Assembly: GCA_051530055.1 (NCBI GenBank)
Contig: JBMGUZ010000046.1
Location: 1-21,913 of the forward strand
DNA length: 21,913 nt
Reading direction: 5' to 3'
DNA from: Neoechinorhynchus agilis
Lineage: Eukaryota; Animalia; Acanthocephala
The position numbers and the translations under genes are program-made. Shown here piece by piece: positions 20,201 to 21,913 of the stretch (the first letter of the stretch is position 1; each line of letters begins with the position of its first letter). The notes beneath the pieces are model-generated. The model was not told the origin of the DNA. It worked only from the letters and a program-made list of their open reading frames with translations, and searched no databases.

Positions 20201-20242
20201 AGGAGTCAAATTACGGACTATGTCCGCTCGGAAACGAACCAT
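17207..20242 (-). CDS. RIOK2: RIO2 atypical Ser/Thr kinase (40S maturation), three exons: 20242-19910, 18377-17809, 17603-17207; 432 aa under the preferred model
   Basis: Winged-helix N-terminus (YRVLLGIEMGLRNHQYVP, GYRLTFTGYDTLAL), IGCGKES, KIHCLGRTCFR, SWIYLSRLSAKNEF, VPKPIGWNRSAVVME, GLIHCDLNEFN, IIDFPQMVSINHPDA, LDKELKVSGY, then an acidic and basic tail. Exon lengths 333+569+397 = 1299 nt, in frame. Confidence 0.92.
17604..17808 (-). other. Putative non-canonical AG..AC intron with terminal inverted repeats (RIO2 intron 2, 205 nt)
   Basis: CGA AA|AGCGTAC...ATCCAC|A TGC gives IERKCNLD. Inverted repeats at 17783-17800 and 17601-17618 match at 14 of 18 positions. Confidence 0.65.
18378..19909 (-). 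mobile_element. Transposon-like insertion or intron in RIO2 (1532 nt including one target-site copy), 8-bp TIR and 6-7-bp target-site duplication
   Basis: Minus strand: TTTATG|AGGTCGTA ... TACGACCT|TTTATG. Removing the element plus one duplicate restores GTT TTT ATG TGC GAA (NVFMCE). Confidence 0.75.
19283..19489. mobile_element. Near-perfect palindrome (95-bp arms, 1 mismatch, 17-nt loop); young MITE nested in RIO2 intron 1
   Basis: 19283-19377 is the reverse complement of 19395-19489 except for one C/T difference. Confidence 0.92.
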
Positions 20243-20489
20243 CTCTGGAATGTATTGAAACGTTAGAATTTGTGGATGCAAAACTATCAAAGATTCGGGA
20301 GTCTTTCGTTTTTCTTTGTAAAATTTTAATTCATTGTTGAGAAATTGAGCCCATACCTGTTTTTTGGGGCGCTCAATAATTTAATGCTTGGTCTCTTTGA
20401 TTATTATCTTCGGGGCAAGAGATACTTTCTTTTGGTAGCTTTACCAACCAATTTAGCAACATTCTTCAAACACAAAAAAAGGATTGGCT

Positions 20490-21490
20490 AAGCTCGACGA
20501 AAAGGTGAGGGCTTGTCTCGAGCGTATTTTAAATGTCCAGCTCTCAGATGAGGCGTTACGACAAGCTTCATTGCCTGTGTAATCGGGGGGCGATTCGGCA
20601 TTCGGACGCTAGTAGACCTTGCCTTGTCAGACTTTCTTTGATCGTTTGAGGAAAGCCCATCAGTATCGAAGAAAATTCTGAGGGAAAAGTTTTCTCTTGA
20701 TCACGACTTTGTGGTGGCGGTTGAGGAATGGTGCCAGTAGACAGACGCTAACCATGTTCCCGTGAATGGCCTCAGACAGTCGATCTGGGACCGACCTCTT
20801 GTCGCGAGAGCTCACAGCTCTCGACTTTCAGGTTCTCGCGATGGGGTCGTCCGAGCTAGATTATTGGCAATTTCGACACGAGAATCTGGGGCGTGGTTGG
20901 AGGCTGTTCCTCTGGCATATTTGGGAAATCTTCTCACTGATGAGGTAACGAGGATTCTCCCGATAATGCTGTCGATGTTGGTCTTTGGTTGATGCTTTCG
21001 GGCGACACGGTCTCGTTTGCCGAAAGTCATTAGGATGGTTCTTATGCCATTCTGAAATCAATAACGCAATTTCTCGGGCGTTGAGAATAGCGAACTTCCC
21101 GAACATCTTGGAACCCGCCCATCTTTGTGGTCGACCTGACGGAATTTCGCTCTTCCCGTGGCGGGAGGGCAAATGCGTTTTCTGGGACCTCGCAGCCAGC
21201 AACATTCCCTATTCTCTCGAAATCGCTGGAGGAGCAAGGACCCACTATTTTTTCCCCTTTGGGGTAGAGACGTATGGAACGCTTGGCAACTCGGCACTCT
21301 GCTCCAGGATCTCTCGAAGAAATTGAAAGAAACGACCGGCGATGCACGAGCAGGTGTATTCCTGCGACAAAATATCTCGCTTGCAGTACAACGAGACAGC
21401 GCTGCTAGCGTGATGGTGACAGCTGAGGAAGGAGAGAAGCTCCAATTTTTCCGATGGTGGTGAATGCACGTTTTGTGCTTTATTATTGTA
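20490..21490 (+). mobile_element. 5'-truncated CRE-clade retrotransposon: post-RT region, CCHC-type zinc motif remnant, PD-(D/E)xK restriction-like endonuclease and 3' end
   Basis: LERILNVQLSDEALRQASLPV*SGG, WDRPLV, ARLLAISTRESGAWLEAVPLAYLGNLL, VDAFGRHGLVC, EP..RPDGISLFPWREGKCVFWD, FPFGVETYG and TGDARAGVFLRQNISLAVQR. Stops, deletions and frameshifts are present. Confidence 0.9.
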
Positions 21491-21913
21491 AAACCCCGAG
21501 AAATACCATTTTAATAAATTGATAAAAAGTTAAAAAAAATTATTTCACGGATATTTCACGTCGGATGCGGATTTCGAATAGTCAACATCAAAGCAGTACC
21601 TTGTGTTACACAATTAGAATTTTTTAAGTAATCATTTACAAGTTTTCGCTAAATTCAACTTAAAAAAGACGAATCAGCGGCTGCAAAATACGAAATTCTC
21701 GTACATACAAAAAGTTTCCTCAAAATAAAAACTTTAAAGCGTTGCAATTTTACATTTTCGCACCAAATTTTTGTAACATTGATTTTTTATCCTTCGTGGT
21801 CTAATCCTCTTAAAAGTTCTAAAAAATGAAACTAATAACGTCAACTAAAATGCGAAAAATTCTATAACGGTGAATAACTTAAGGATCGTTAAATTCTCAA
21901 CGAAATCGTCGCT

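Noticed and set aside
364-21469. Remaining short ORFs in the track (e.g. 364..678, 7043..7276, 8694..8915, 17359..17670, 18584..18847, 20140..20340)
   Set aside because: They are antisense or off-frame shadows of genes and elements called above, or short AT-rich ORFs with no recognisable motif.

Overview
AT-rich, compact eukaryotic (probably animal) genomic DNA. It holds three recognisable host genes: a claudin/PMP22-like tetraspan protein (+, 587-1242, two short canonical GT-AG introns), a VAT1-like zinc-free MDR oxidoreductase (-, 7435-8596) and the RIO2 kinase (-, 17207-20242). Between them lie decayed non-LTR retrotransposons: six CRE-clade RLE-type fragments, one CR1/L2-like fragment and one RTE-like APE-type fragment. 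There are also several MITE-like foldback elements and a ~2.8-kb tandem array of 350-400-bp units. Most notable observation: the three interruptions in RIO2 and VAT1 give no good homologue-like protein with GT-AG splicing. Each is bounded by terminal inverted repeats, and each can be removed in frame as an intron starting with AG (AG..TG, AG..AC, AG..AT), which suggests transposon-derived non-canonical introns. Second: each array unit carries tRNA-like A/B boxes followed by hairpins that are kept, with different sequence, in two unit types. All calls were made by eye from the sequence and ORF track; no searches were run.
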